This document shows, one piece after another, positions 18,107 to 27,995 of a stretch of 64,000 nt of DNA. Each line of letters begins with the position of its first letter. Positions within the stretch are counted from its first letter, which is position 1. Below the pieces are notes generated by a model that had not been told where the DNA came from, made no database searches, and saw only the letters and a list, made by a program, of their open reading frames with translations. The translations under genes were made by a program, and so were the position numbers. Source of the stretch: Tepidisphaerales bacterium (GTDB lineage Bacteria; Planctomycetota; Phycisphaerae; Tepidisphaerales; Tepidisphaeraceae); NCBI GenBank assembly GCA_038226785.1, contig JBBRQG010000003.1, positions 196,583 to 260,582 of the forward strand, in the 5' to 3' direction.

Positions 18107-19792
18107 GTGGCCTACCGCACCGGAATTCGAATCTCGCTTGCCGCCAAATGCCAGCTGCTATTTGGAGTGGCGGTGGCGTTGATTATCGCAGCCGCGTTGG
18201 TTGTCCCGTGGCGGACCATGGAAGCGCTGACCGCAGAGCTGGACGAGCGGGCAGCACGTGTTCTGACCGATCAGGTTCTTGCCCAACACGCTCAGACCGC
18301 ACCGCCCGGAAACGCCACACTTGGCGTGGGATTCGAAGCATCGTCTACAACCCGCGGAACGAGGCCTGCGGACGCTGCGATGGCGCCGCGCCTGCTGGGT
18401 GTTCTTCGGCACGATCTCTCGCCCGCAGAGCGGCGCACCATCGCCCGGCTGGCCGGCAACCGTGACGTCGATTACCGCGGCAACTACTACGACCGCCGTG
18501 ATGGTGTGTATGCCTATCGCTACACCCGCGCCGTCTACGCGCTGGGCGAGTGCCTGACCTGTCACGCCGCTCAGGAGCGATCTCGACTTCCGATTCCGCA
18601 GCTGATAACCGCGCCCATCGTCACCACCCGGCCGGTCGCCCCGGCCGTCCAAGTGGCACAGCCCCGCGACCTTCTGCCGCCCGGCTTCATCGGGATGGTC
18701 GTCGTCGACATTCCCGCCCAACGCCGTCAGACACAGGTGATCTACAACCGTGTGACGCTGCTGGCGGCCGGACTGGCGGCTGGCTCGCTGGCGGTCATCG
18801 TGTTCTCGATCATTACCTCGCGCTTCATTCTCCAACCGGTCCGTGTACTTCAGGAGACGGCCGACAAGGTCAGTCGCGGCGACCTGAATATCCGGTCGGA
18901 TATCTCAAGCGGCGATGAATTTCAGACACTATCTGAAACATTCAACACGATGCTCGGCAACCTCCAGACCTCGCAAGAGCAGCTGCGCTCGCTCAATGAA
19001 TCGCTTGACCTCAAACTGGTACAACTGGCCGCCAGCAACACCAACCTCGTCGAGAGCAACCGGATGAAGAGCGAGTTTCTGGCAAACGTGAGCCACGAGT
19101 TACGGACACCGCTCAACAGCATTCTCGGGTTCGCCGAACTGCTGAAGTCGTCATCCGCCAGCACCACGGCAACGGATGCCAAATCGGGTCGATACCTCGG
19201 CAACATCATTCAGAGTGGCCAGAGCCTTTTGCTGCTTATCACGGACCTGCTGGATCTGGCAAAAATCGAGGCCGGCCGCATGGAAGTCCGGGCCGAACCC
19301 ATGAGCCTGGCCGGGCTGGCCGAGGCCCTCTCCGGACTTGTGAAGCCGCTGATCGAGCCCCGTCACTTGACAGTGCAGGCCGACGTAGCCGCCGACATTC
19401 CGCTGCTCAAGACCGATCATGCAAAACTCCAGCAGATCTTGTTCAATTTCTTGTCCAACGCGATCAAGTTTTCGCCCGACGGCTCTGCAATACAACTGCG
19501 CGCCGTCATGGAAGACGAGCAGCACGTGCGCATCGCCGTGAGCGACGTCGGACCCGGAATCGAAGAGGACAAACAGCGGATGATCTTTGAAAAGTTCAAG
19601 CAGATCGACGGCTCGATCACCCGGCAGCACAGCGGCACAGGTCTGGGCCTGGCAATCTGCCGAGAGTTGACCCTCATACTCGGGGGTCGCATCGGTGTGG
19701 AATCCACGCCGGGTGAAGGAGCGACATTTTACGTCGTGATTCCCGTCGAAATCGAATCGCACACCACCGACGTGCGTCTGGCGGGACGATGA
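18107..19792 (+). CDS. sensor histidine kinase (HAMP-HisKA-HATPase) with periplasmic CxxCH motif
   Basis: Two TM helices flanking a ~180-aa periplasmic region containing ALGECLTCHAAQE (CxxCH); HAMP; H-box SHELRTPLNSILGFAELL; N/G1/G2 boxes (DVGPGI, GTGLGL). Confidence 0.85.
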   Translation: MAYRTGIRISLAAKCQLLFGVAVALIIAAALVVPWRTMEALTAELDERAARVLTDQVLAQHAQTAPPGNATLGVGFEASSTTRGTRPADAAMAPRLLGVLRHDLSPAERRTIARLAGNRDVDYRGNYYDRRDGVYAYRYTRAVYALGECLTCHAAQERSRLPIPQLITAPIVTTRPVAPAVQVAQPRDLLPPGFIGMVVVDIPAQRRQTQVIYNRVTLLAAGLAAGSLAVIVFSIITSRFILQPVRVLQETADKVSRGDLNIRSDISSGDEFQTLSETFNTMLGNLQTSQEQLRSLNESLDLKLVQLAASNTNLVESNRMKSEFLANVSHELRTPLNSILGFAELLKSSSASTTATDAKSGRYLGNIIQSGQSLLLLITDLLDLAKIEAGRMEVRAEPMSLAGLAEALSGLVKPLIEPRHLTVQADVAADIPLLKTDHAKLQQILFNFLSNAIKFSPDGSAIQLRAVMEDEQHVRIAVSDVGPGIEEDKQRMIFEKFKQIDGSITRQHSGTGLGLAICRELTLILGGRIGVESTPGEGATFYVVIPVEIESHTTDVRLAGR

Positions 19793-20568
19793 GCCGACCG
19801 CACAGCCCAAATGAGATTTTGTTTTCCGCCCGTTCGCTTGACCTGCTGGCAGATGAAGCCACCGGCGATCTGCCTATTGCTGTAGTCGATAAGCCGGCTG
19901 GCTTGGCCGTCATTCCCGGGCGTGCTGAGACCACCTCTGTCTTAGAGCTTCTGGGCGAGCGTCTGCGTATACCTAGCTCCGGTACCACAGACCCGCGAGT
20001 CAGGGTCGTCCACCGGATCGACAAGGAGACCTCCGGTGTCGTACTTTTTGCGCGAAACCTTTCAGCGCAGAGGGCTTACTCAGAACAGTTCCAGAACAAT
20101 CTTGCGGCCAAGACCTATGTGGCGCTGGTGGCTGGCCATCCGCCCGCCGATGAGGGGACCATCGACCTGCCGCTGGGTCCAAGCGTCTCTGACCCTCGCC
20201 GCAGGGCAGTCGTCCACGGAAGGGGGGGCCGGCCGGCAGTCACCCACTACAAAACCCTGCAAAGATTCAGGCATTACACCTTTCTCGAGCTTCACCCCAA
20301 AACTGGTAAGACTCATCAGTTGCGTGTGCATCTGGCGACACTGGGAACGCCCATTGTTCTCGACCCGCTTTACAATCGGAACCCCGCCCCGCTGCTGTTG
20401 TCGGCTGTCAAGCGAAATTATCGCCCCGTCCCCGGGCGTCCCGAACGGCCTCTACTCGCACGGCTGGGACTGCACGCCCTGCGTTTGGAGGTTCTCGGGC
20501 AATCGTTCACTTCACCCGTGCCAAAGGATCTGCAGGCAGCCCTCAACCAACTTGGCAAATGGGGTTAG
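19789..20568 (+). CDS. RluA-family pseudouridine synthase
   Basis: HRIDKETSGVVLFAR (catalytic Asp motif HRLD..TSG) of the RluA family; 4-nt overlap with the upstream HK. Confidence 0.8.
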   Translation: MSRPHSPNEILFSARSLDLLADEATGDLPIAVVDKPAGLAVIPGRAETTSVLELLGERLRIPSSGTTDPRVRVVHRIDKETSGVVLFARNLSAQRAYSEQFQNNLAAKTYVALVAGHPPADEGTIDLPLGPSVSDPRRRAVVHGRGGRPAVTHYKTLQRFRHYTFLELHPKTGKTHQLRVHLATLGTPIVLDPLYNRNPAPLLLSAVKRNYRPVPGRPERPLLARLGLHALRLEVLGQSFTSPVPKDLQAALNQLGKWG

Positions 20569-20603
20569 ACTACTGAAACGGAAAGGGAAACAAACCAGAC
20601 GCT

Positions 20604-21536
20604 GTGCAGCTCAATATAAACATCGAACAACCCGGCAAGAAGGTGGCCCTGTTCGGCCCCGGCGACCGCAATTTACGAACTCTTCGCGAGGTGTTCGGCA
20701 TCACACTGGTCGTTCGAGACGACCAATTGCGGATGACCGGCGAGGGACCTGCGCTGACCAAGGCCGCTTCTGCCATCTCTGAGCTGCAACGTCGGCTTCG
20801 TAGACAAGATCACCTCCTGTCGAGCGATCTTTCAGAGGCATTGTTGGTTGCCTCACAGGTGGAATCCGGCGCAAAGGAAAGGGCGATCGAGGTCTACGCT
20901 CGTGGACACGCGGTTCGCCCCAAAACCGCCGGTCAACAGGCCTATGCGGACGCGATTTTCAAACACGACCTGACAGTCTGTTCCGGTCCGGCTGGCACGG
21001 GAAAGACCTATCTGGCGGTGGCTGCAGCTGCAGCTCTTTTGAAACGGGGGGACGCGAAGCGAATCGTCCTGGCCCGCCCGGCCGTGGAGGCCGGTGAACG
21101 GTTGGGATTTCTTCCTGGCGACCTGCAAGCCAAAGTCAACCCCTACCTGCGCCCGCTATTTGATGCCCTGCATGACATGATGGACTTCGAGCAGGTTAAG
21201 CGGTTCATGCTGAACGACGTCATTGAAGTCGTACCGCTCGCTTTCATGCGCGGCCGCACCCTGAATGACGCCGTCATCATTCTGGATGAAGCTCAGAACA
21301 CTACGCCCTCGCAAATGTTGATGTTTCTGACACGGCTGGGGCAGCACAGCAAAATGATCATTACCGGTGATACCTCGCAGGTTGATCTGCCACCGGATCA
21401 GCCCTCCGGACTTCTGGATGCGATGGACCGTTTGGAAGGCATCAAGGGTGTAGCACTGGTCACTCTGGGCCGGGCAGACATTGTGCGTCATGCGTTGGTA
21501 CAGGACATCGTCAACGCCTACGGACACATCGAGTGA
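20604..21536 (+). CDS. phoH: PhoH-like ATPase
   Basis: GPAGTGKTYLAV Walker A, DEAQN Walker B; first gene of the conserved phoH-ybeY-corC operon. Confidence 0.9.
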   Translation: MQLNINIEQPGKKVALFGPGDRNLRTLREVFGITLVVRDDQLRMTGEGPALTKAASAISELQRRLRRQDHLLSSDLSEALLVASQVESGAKERAIEVYARGHAVRPKTAGQQAYADAIFKHDLTVCSGPAGTGKTYLAVAAAAALLKRGDAKRIVLARPAVEAGERLGFLPGDLQAKVNPYLRPLFDALHDMMDFEQVKRFMLNDVIEVVPLAFMRGRTLNDAVIILDEAQNTTPSQMLMFLTRLGQHSKMIITGDTSQVDLPPDQPSGLLDAMDRLEGIKGVALVTLGRADIVRHALVQDIVNAYGHIE

Positions 21537-22030
21537 GCACCTTGGCCAAGCCGACAGTAAGAGTTCGAATCATCGCTCAGGCAAAGTGCGTCCACGTCAG
21601 GTACCTTCGTCGGATGTTGCTGCAAACGTGTGAGTTGCTGGGAACCAAATGCCGTCTTTCCTGCCTCACCGTTTATGTCGTCGGCGACGCCCGCATGAAG
21701 GCTGAACACTTGCGCCACTTTGGCGACGCCACGTCCACCGACTGTATGACCTTCCCAATGGACGTAGACGCCAAGGGCCGGGCCACCGAGGGTGAACTGC
21801 TGCTTTGCTGGCCACATGCCAGACGACTCGCAAAACTACACGGTATTGACGCCAGATCAGAACTTCTCTTGTACGGCGTCCACGGACTGTTGCACCTGTG
21901 CGGTTTCGAAGATAAAACCGCCGCAGGATTTAGAACCATGCACGCCTTGGAGGACAAACTGTTGATGAGGCTTGGCGTGGGCGCCATCTTTGCGGCGGGT
22001 ACAAACCGAAAGGGCGGCAGCCCATCATGA
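21533..22030 (+). CDS. ybeY: rRNA maturation endoribonuclease YbeY
   Basis: HGLLHLCGFEDK (H-x-H-x5-H metal site); overlaps phoH by 4 nt. Confidence 0.85.
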   Translation: MSTLAKPTVRVRIIAQAKCVHVRYLRRMLLQTCELLGTKCRLSCLTVYVVGDARMKAEHLRHFGDATSTDCMTFPMDVDAKGRATEGELLLCWPHARRLAKLHGIDARSELLLYGVHGLLHLCGFEDKTAAGFRTMHALEDKLLMRLGVGAIFAAGTNRKGGSPS

Positions 22031-23355
22031 GCCCCCTGCTTCTCGGTCTGCTATTTTTGGCACTAATTGGCACCACGCTTTTCGGCACCGTCAGCTACAG
22101 CCTGCGTGACTTTTCCCGCGGCAAACTTCAGGGCGAATTGGAACGGCTCGGCCGTTCGCGGTTCAGTGAGTTGTTGCTCGAACGTACAGCCGAGTTGTCC
22201 CTGCTTTTTGCCTTCTTCCGCCTGCTGAGCAATACGCTGGTTCTGCTCGTACTCATCCGCCTGCTGCACGAGAGCAGGTACCTGCCCGGGTACCAATACG
22301 CACTGACACTTTTGGTTGCGTCTCCTCTGCTTCTGGTTTTCTCCATCGCTCTGCCAGCTGCAATCGCCCAGCACCACGCCGAACTGACTCTGGCCCGTAC
22401 TGCCGCCATCTTCGGGCCGGTCGACTGGCTGGGAACACCGGTATTGTGGGTGTTCCGTACTTTCGACAGTTTACTCGGCAGCTTTTCCCAGCCCGAAAGT
22501 CAGGAGGTGGCCGAGCAGCAAGTGACCGAAGAAATCATGGAAGTCGTCGAAGACGGCAAGCGCGAGGGCGTTGTTGACGAAGACGAACGATCCATGATTC
22601 ATGCCGTCATGCAGTTCAAAGAAGGTACCGCCGGAAAGGTCATGACAGTCCGGACCAAGATCGAAGCCCTGCCCGCAGACTGCACGCTCGCCGATGCGCT
22701 GGACCGCTTCGAACACTCCGGCTTGTCACGGCTACCGGTTTACAAATCCGATCTGGATCACGTCGTTGGCATTCTGTACGCTCGTGACCTGCTTCATGAA
22801 TTTGCCGAACGCTACGATATCCACACCGGCAAGGTTCGAGCCCCGGATCTTCTGGCGATCGCACGGCCGGTGATTTTCGTGCCGGAAACCAAGCCACTCC
22901 CCGAACTCCTCAGCCAATTTCGGATGCAGAAAATCCATATTGCCATCGTGCTCGATGAGTTCGGCGGGACGGCCGGACTGGTTACGATTGAAGACGTTCT
23001 GGAAGAACTTGTCGGCGAAATCTCTGACGAGCATGAAGCATCGGCTCCAGCCATGCTTGTCAAACTGAAGGAACATCTCTGGGATGCTGACGCCAAGGTC
23101 GCGGTCGATGACCTGAATAGCGTGGTGGGGCTCGCGCTCCCCACAGACGAGGGATACGAAACGCTGGGCGGTTATCTGTCTCACACCCTCGGCAAGATTC
23201 CCGCACGCGGCGATACAGCCGCAACTCCCGACGGAACACCTTCCGCCACTTTTGAAGTCACCCTCGCCGAGCCGCAGCGAGCCCGGCGAGTGCGCATCCG
23301 CCTGGCCGAAGGGAACGCGACGTCGTCGACTTCCAATGCAGATGCGACGAACTAG
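22027..23355 (+). CDS. corC: CNNM/DUF21-CBS-CorC_HlyC family transporter-associated protein (hemolysin family)
   Basis: N-terminal 4-TM DUF21, tandem CBS pair, C-terminal CorC/HlyC domain; third gene of ybeZ-ybeY-ybeX-type operon. Confidence 0.85.
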   Translation: MSPLLLGLLFLALIGTTLFGTVSYSLRDFSRGKLQGELERLGRSRFSELLLERTAELSLLFAFFRLLSNTLVLLVLIRLLHESRYLPGYQYALTLLVASPLLLVFSIALPAAIAQHHAELTLARTAAIFGPVDWLGTPVLWVFRTFDSLLGSFSQPESQEVAEQQVTEEIMEVVEDGKREGVVDEDERSMIHAVMQFKEGTAGKVMTVRTKIEALPADCTLADALDRFEHSGLSRLPVYKSDLDHVVGILYARDLLHEFAERYDIHTGKVRAPDLLAIARPVIFVPETKPLPELLSQFRMQKIHIAIVLDEFGGTAGLVTIEDVLEELVGEISDEHEASAPAMLVKLKEHLWDADAKVAVDDLNSVVGLALPTDEGYETLGGYLSHTLGKIPARGDTAATPDGTPSATFEVTLAEPQRARRVRIRLAEGNATSSTSNADATN

Positions 23356-23369
23356 CCACCACCCGCTGG

Positions 23370-24509
23370 TCAGTAGCAGATCAATTTGTGTTGGGGCGGC
23401 AAGCGTCTGTTGGAAAGTGCATCGCAAATCAGCTTGGCAGTCGGCAGCGTTGTGATGCCCCGGCCGGTCCGCCCGACTTTAAGCACTCGTCGCAAACCCG
23501 ACCGGACCTCTGTTGCAGTCGGGCCGCAATGGATCACGTTCAGCCCACACTCACGCCCGGTCTGCCGGGTTCCGACGTTCAGAGTCGGCGTCGGCCTTTC
23601 GAATGCCAGCGTTTCGATCAACCCTGCTGATGAGTTACCCACAAGCACGCGGCAATCCCGCAACAGTCCTAGAAAAAGGGGACGGGTAACATGGGCATAA
23701 AAACAATGGCGATGTCGGTCGGCAAAGCACGCAGCACGCATCGCGTCTCGCACGCCTTCATGGCCGGGGTCGCTGTTGGGACCGAGCAGAATGATACGCT
23801 TGATGGCAGGTTGTTCATCGATACAACCCATGATTTGTCTGGCGATCGTCCCTTCCACTTGCCGATCCGCCGTGACTGGGTGGTAAAGCAACAGCGCTGC
23901 CGCTGAAACGTCGCCGCAGTGCGCCCTAACTTCCGCCACGCCAGCCGCCTCCGATCGGGCCGATTCCAATCCCGGCGGCCCGACCAGCTTCACGTACCGG
24001 ACGTCCTCGCCGAGCCGGAGCAACCGTTGGCTGCTCGTTCGGTAGGCGGCGAGGTGAAGGTGGCTGAGTTTGGTGATGGCATGTCGAAGCGAATCGTCCA
24101 CCTGCCCAAGCGCCCGGTCGCCACCGTGCACGTGTGCAACCCGGACACCGCACAGATGCGCCGCCGCCGCCGCCGCAAACGGCTCCACACGGTCGCCCAC
24201 CAGCAAAACCCAGTCTGGCCTGTCGGCTTCAAAGATACGGGCAAATCCTGCCATGGCGCGTCCTGTGGCAACACCCAGCGACGTGGCCCCTGCCCATCGA
24301 ACAACCTGCACCTGCCCAAGCCCGGCCCGCCGCACTTCATCGACTGTCTTGCCGTGCCGGGCAGAAAGGTGCATTCCGGTGGCGATTACCTTCAAGCGAA
24401 ATCGTGGATCGGCCGCAAGTACGTGAAGTGTTTGCCGCATCAGCCCGAACTCGGCGCGCGTACCCGTGACAAAATGCACTTTGATCGGTGGCTGGCGTTT
24501 TGCCATCAC
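23370..24509 (-). CDS. neuC: UDP-N-acetylglucosamine 2-epimerase, hydrolysing (NeuC/LegG-like)
   Basis: VHFVTGTRAEFGLM N-terminal motif and VGNSSAGLIE (GNSS) motif of NeuC-type hydrolysing epimerases; last gene of neu operon. Confidence 0.75.
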   Translation of the reverse strand: MMAKRQPPIKVHFVTGTRAEFGLMRQTLHVLAADPRFRLKVIATGMHLSARHGKTVDEVRRAGLGQVQVVRWAGATSLGVATGRAMAGFARIFEADRPDWVLLVGDRVEPFAAAAAAHLCGVRVAHVHGGDRALGQVDDSLRHAITKLSHLHLAAYRTSSQRLLRLGEDVRYVKLVGPPGLESARSEAAGVAEVRAHCGDVSAAALLLYHPVTADRQVEGTIARQIMGCIDEQPAIKRIILLGPNSDPGHEGVRDAMRAACFADRHRHCFYAHVTRPLFLGLLRDCRVLVGNSSAGLIETLAFERPTPTLNVGTRQTGRECGLNVIHCGPTATEVRSGLRRVLKVGRTGRGITTLPTAKLICDALSNRRLPPQHKLICY

Positions 24510-25570
24510 GCCGCCAGCATGTCAGGGGTCAGCGGTGTACCGGCTGCAACATGCGTCTTAAGCGACCGGCCGATTGTCGCTTCAAGCTCGGCCGCCGGAA
24601 TACCCGTTCCCGGCCGCTGAATACGAAGGTCGGCTGCCGTCAGAACATCCCCGGGAAGCATGGCCCGCGCGGTGATCAGAGATTGTCGTGAAACCCGGCG
24701 TACGTCCTGTTCGCAGGCCAGCACGTGCTTGCCAGGCTTGCCGACAAGCAATGCCGCCCGACACACCGCCGCCGTGTATTCGGCGAACATCGCCGGATCG
24801 GCAGATGCCGCATGATCCGGCCCCGCTGCGCGGCAATCGTGGGTCAGATGCTTTTCCAGCACACGCGCGCCAGCTGCGACGGCCAAGGCCCCAGCCAGTA
24901 AATCCGTCGAGTGATCCGAGTAACCCACCGGACCCCCGAAGTGACGCATCAACTCCCCAATCCAGCACAGGTTTACGTCCGCATCCGAAGTCGGATAGCT
25001 GCTGACGCAATGCATGAAGAGGTGCTGCGCGCCCGCCAGTGACAGCCACCGGTGGCAGTTGGTTACCTCGGCTAACGTCGCGGCCCCGGTCGAAATCAGC
25101 ATCGGCTTTCCCATGGCCGCCACCGCCAGAAGCAACGGACGATTGACTACATCAGGTGATGCGATCTTCACAGCGTCCAGCCCAAGCAAGTGCAAGGTCG
25201 CCACGTCCGACAGGCTGAACGGAGTGGCGATCAGCGCCAGCCCACGTGCCCGCGTGTACGCCGCCACCGACTGCCACCCTTCAACGGAAAACTCGAATTT
25301 TCGGAGCATTTCTGTCGGCGTTGCTGCCGCAACAGTTGCCGTCTGGTACCCGGCAAACTCACTGGCCTGACTCATCAACTCGGCCGCCGTGAAGATCTGG
25401 AACTTGACCGCATGGGCACCAGCGGAGGCGGCGGCATCGATCAGGTCGTAAGCCCTCTGCACGCTGCCATCGTGGTTTACACCCACCTCAGCGATGACAA
25501 ATGGCGCGAAGTCATGCCCGACCCGCTGGCCGGCGATCGACAGTTCCGAAGTTGGCGAGGTATGCAACAT
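24506..25570 (-). CDS. neuB: N-acetylneuraminate (nonulosonate) synthase, NeuB family with SAF domain
   Basis: FVIAEVGVNHDGS, VKFQ, C-terminal antifreeze-like/SAF domain; 4-nt overlap with neuC. Confidence 0.8.
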   Translation of the reverse strand: MLHTSPTSELSIAGQRVGHDFAPFVIAEVGVNHDGSVQRAYDLIDAAASAGAHAVKFQIFTAAELMSQASEFAGYQTATVAAATPTEMLRKFEFSVEGWQSVAAYTRARGLALIATPFSLSDVATLHLLGLDAVKIASPDVVNRPLLLAVAAMGKPMLISTGAATLAEVTNCHRWLSLAGAQHLFMHCVSSYPTSDADVNLCWIGELMRHFGGPVGYSDHSTDLLAGALAVAAGARVLEKHLTHDCRAAGPDHAASADPAMFAEYTAAVCRAALLVGKPGKHVLACEQDVRRVSRQSLITARAMLPGDVLTAADLRIQRPGTGIPAAELEATIGRSLKTHVAAGTPLTPDMLAA

Positions 25571-25573
25571 GAT

Positions 25574-26311
25574 TCAGGAGGCCCGCCGGTTAACAGCGGT
25601 CTGCTTGCTGGCCTGATCTCGCAACACGGCCTCCGCCCAGTACAGGTCCCGGGCGTGATCAATCTCGATCACCGATCCGGGTTCGGTAATCACCGCACGC
25701 CGATCGGTTCCAAAGAATGCGTGTGGATCTTCCGGTGTGACCTTGCCATTCATGAGAGCAGCACGTGTCACCGCCACCACGCCACCATCATGCAGGTAAA
25801 GTGGCGAAAGGTCTTGACGCCGGTGAATCGATCCGCGAACCGTCGGAATTACGTGGCCATCGCGAATCTCGGCCATCCAAGCGGGGTGCCACTTGCCAAC
25901 TGGCGTGAAAGATCGGATCGAGTCGCAACCCCAGTCCGTCAGCGTTCGCACCGCGTTATCAATAAGGCCTTTCGGCCGCACGGGTACGTTTCCGTAAAGC
26001 AGGACGACCGCATCCGGCCGCCATGATTCAGTGCGTTCTATCGCCTCGAGCGTGTGCAGTAATACGTCCTGTACAGTGGTCTCCGATGTCGCAAGGTGTG
26101 CCGGACGTTCAACCGTCAAAAAGTCCCGATTCTCAGCCAATCGCAGCACATTCGGGCAGTCCGAAGAGACAACCGTCTCTTCGGGGCAGGCCGCAAGATC
26201 GGCATGATCAAACGTGTAATCAATGACGGGCCGCCCCAACAGTTGCAGGAGGTGCTTCGAAGGGAGGCCGACGCTACCGGCTCGGGCGATGATGATTGAA
26301 AGTGTACGCAT
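25574..26311 (-). CDS. neuA: acylneuraminate cytidylyltransferase (CMP-nonulosonate synthetase)
   Basis: LSIIIARAGSVGLPSKHL (CTP_transf_3 P-loop-like motif) typical of NeuA/KdsB-like cytidylyltransferases. Confidence 0.8.
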   Translation of the reverse strand: MRTLSIIIARAGSVGLPSKHLLQLLGRPVIDYTFDHADLAACPEETVVSSDCPNVLRLAENRDFLTVERPAHLATSETTVQDVLLHTLEAIERTESWRPDAVVLLYGNVPVRPKGLIDNAVRTLTDWGCDSIRSFTPVGKWHPAWMAEIRDGHVIPTVRGSIHRRQDLSPLYLHDGGVVAVTRAALMNGKVTPEDPHAFFGTDRRAVITEPGSVIEIDHARDLYWAEAVLRDQASKQTAVNRRAS

Positions 26312-26333
26312 AATTATGATGTGAAACCGCAGG

Positions 26334-27995
26334 CTATGCCGCCCGAAACCACTGACGACAAGAGGAACACGGCGCCGGCAACCCGACAGACCCGGATGAA
26401 CGACTGACCAGAACGTGCAACGACCGTAACGGTGTCAAAGAGTCGAAAGCATCACGAACCGATACCTCGCCCAGCGACGAGGGAGCTGGCTCTATAAGCT
26501 CCAGCGGCCAAGTCATCGGTTCCGCACAGGGTGTTGTCCGCCCCTCCACCGTGACGAAAAGGGAGTCCCGCAGCCTGCGACAGGGAAGACGGCTCGGTGG
26601 AGCCATGTCGGCCACTGCCGTGTCCCGAATTCCACCGCATCTGTCCGATGGACCGCTAATCGTCGCCGACCCCAGAATGGACAACCAGTGGTCATACCAC
26701 GGTTCCATCTCGTGCATGTTCTCCCGCGTCTTTACGAATACCGGACTCACCAGCAGTTCGCCTTCGACGTGACGCCGATGCACCGTTGCCACGTGAACAT
26801 TCCCCATGACTTCCTGCAGCGCATCACAGCCCATCACGCGCGCGTAGGTTGCCCGACTCGATGCCGGCAGCATGATCTGAAGCACTTCCACCGCCGGAGA
26901 GTCACAAGCCGCACCCACTGCCCCGGCTGAAACACCCGCCAGGTCCGTTCGAATTGCGAGCCGGATTCCCGCTGCCTCGGCATGCTGCAACAGCAGCTCA
27001 AACTCAGGATGGCATAGCGGCTCTCCATGACCGGCAAGGCAGATGCGCTCGCCCCTGACCATCTGCTTCATGATGCCGGCGAAGTGGGCCACATCCATGA
27101 ATCGTGGTTCATCAGTACGCGCCTCACGGAAAATCGCCTTCGTCAGCGGATGGCCACTGACGACCTCTACGTGCACTTCCCCCAGACGAGGTCGATCGGT
27201 CGCCAGCGACTCCGCCAGCGTGGCGGCCGTCTCTGCGTTGAGGGCTGTCAACTCCCCGATACCTTCGTGACGTGCCAATACGTTTTCCCACCACGTAGCC
27301 GCGCCCTGCGAATCCACTCGGAAAGGCAAACGCGTACGGGTTGACCATAACGATGTGGGCGCGCAGGCTTTTGCCGTCAGGGGATCCGGGGCAGGTGCGT
27401 CCGGCCGATAGTGCAACGCAATCCCGGCATGCGATGGCAAGCCCGCTTCACCGCGCCGGACAAGTTCTGCTATGAAGTCCCGCGTCATGACCACGCCACT
27501 CAGGCCCGGCATGGCTGGCGAGAAGATGAAACCCTCATCCGGATTCGACTCAGCATGAGCCAGTAGCGCGGTGATCAGTTCCGACTGCAAAAAGGGCGAT
27601 GCGGCGTCCACGTATAGCAAACGTTCAGCCTTGCGGTCCGACAAAACCTTCAGCATTCGCGCAGGCGCAAATCCCCTGTCAAACCAGGCCGATCGAGCCA
27701 GTGCGGATCGCCAACCGGCATCCCAGTGTGTGGCCACCGAAAACCGATTCAGGACACGGTCCGACACGGGGCGCTCACCCGTACAAGCGGCAGTCAGTCC
27801 AAGCGATTCCAGAGCGGGGCGCTGGTCCGTCCAGCACACAATCACAGGTTCGCCCGACGTGCATTTTCGCAATGCAGCCGCCGTCCGGACCAGCACAGGC
27901 GAACCAAATAACTCAGGCCCGCACACGTCATCGGATTCCCCTGAGCTGAGCACCGAAATCAATGGCAAAATGTGCCGGGTATCCGTCGCGATCAT
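26334..27995 (-). CDS. hypothetical protein with radical-SAM-like half-barrel lacking the CxxxCxxC triad and a Cys-rich C-terminal tail
   Basis: ICLAGHGEPLCHPEF (GGEPL-like), IRLAIRTDLAG (TNG-like), LQIMLPASS (DS-like) in radical-SAM order and spacing, but no CxxxCxxC upstream. C-terminal C-x19-C...C...CxxC. N-terminal ~280 aa unassigned. 4-nt overlap with the Maf-like gene. Confidence 0.4.
   Translation of the reverse strand: MIATDTRHILPLISVLSSGESDDVCGPELFGSPVLVRTAAALRKCTSGEPVIVCWTDQRPALESLGLTAACTGERPVSDRVLNRFSVATHWDAGWRSALARSAWFDRGFAPARMLKVLSDRKAERLLYVDAASPFLQSELITALLAHAESNPDEGFIFSPAMPGLSGVVMTRDFIAELVRRGEAGLPSHAGIALHYRPDAPAPDPLTAKACAPTSLWSTRTRLPFRVDSQGAATWWENVLARHEGIGELTALNAETAATLAESLATDRPRLGEVHVEVVSGHPLTKAIFREARTDEPRFMDVAHFAGIMKQMVRGERICLAGHGEPLCHPEFELLLQHAEAAGIRLAIRTDLAGVSAGAVGAACDSPAVEVLQIMLPASSRATYARVMGCDALQEVMGNVHVATVHRRHVEGELLVSPVFVKTRENMHEMEPWYDHWLSILGSATISGPSDRCGGIRDTAVADMAPPSRLPCRRLRDSLFVTVEGRTTPCAEPMTWPLELIEPAPSSLGEVSVRDAFDSLTPLRSLHVLVSRSSGSVGLPAPCSSCRQWFRAA

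Noticed and set aside
26334-27995. Calling the neu-operon unknown a bona fide radical SAM enzyme
   Set aside because: No CxxxCxxC (or any Cys) where the AdoMet cluster should be; described only as radical-SAM-like.
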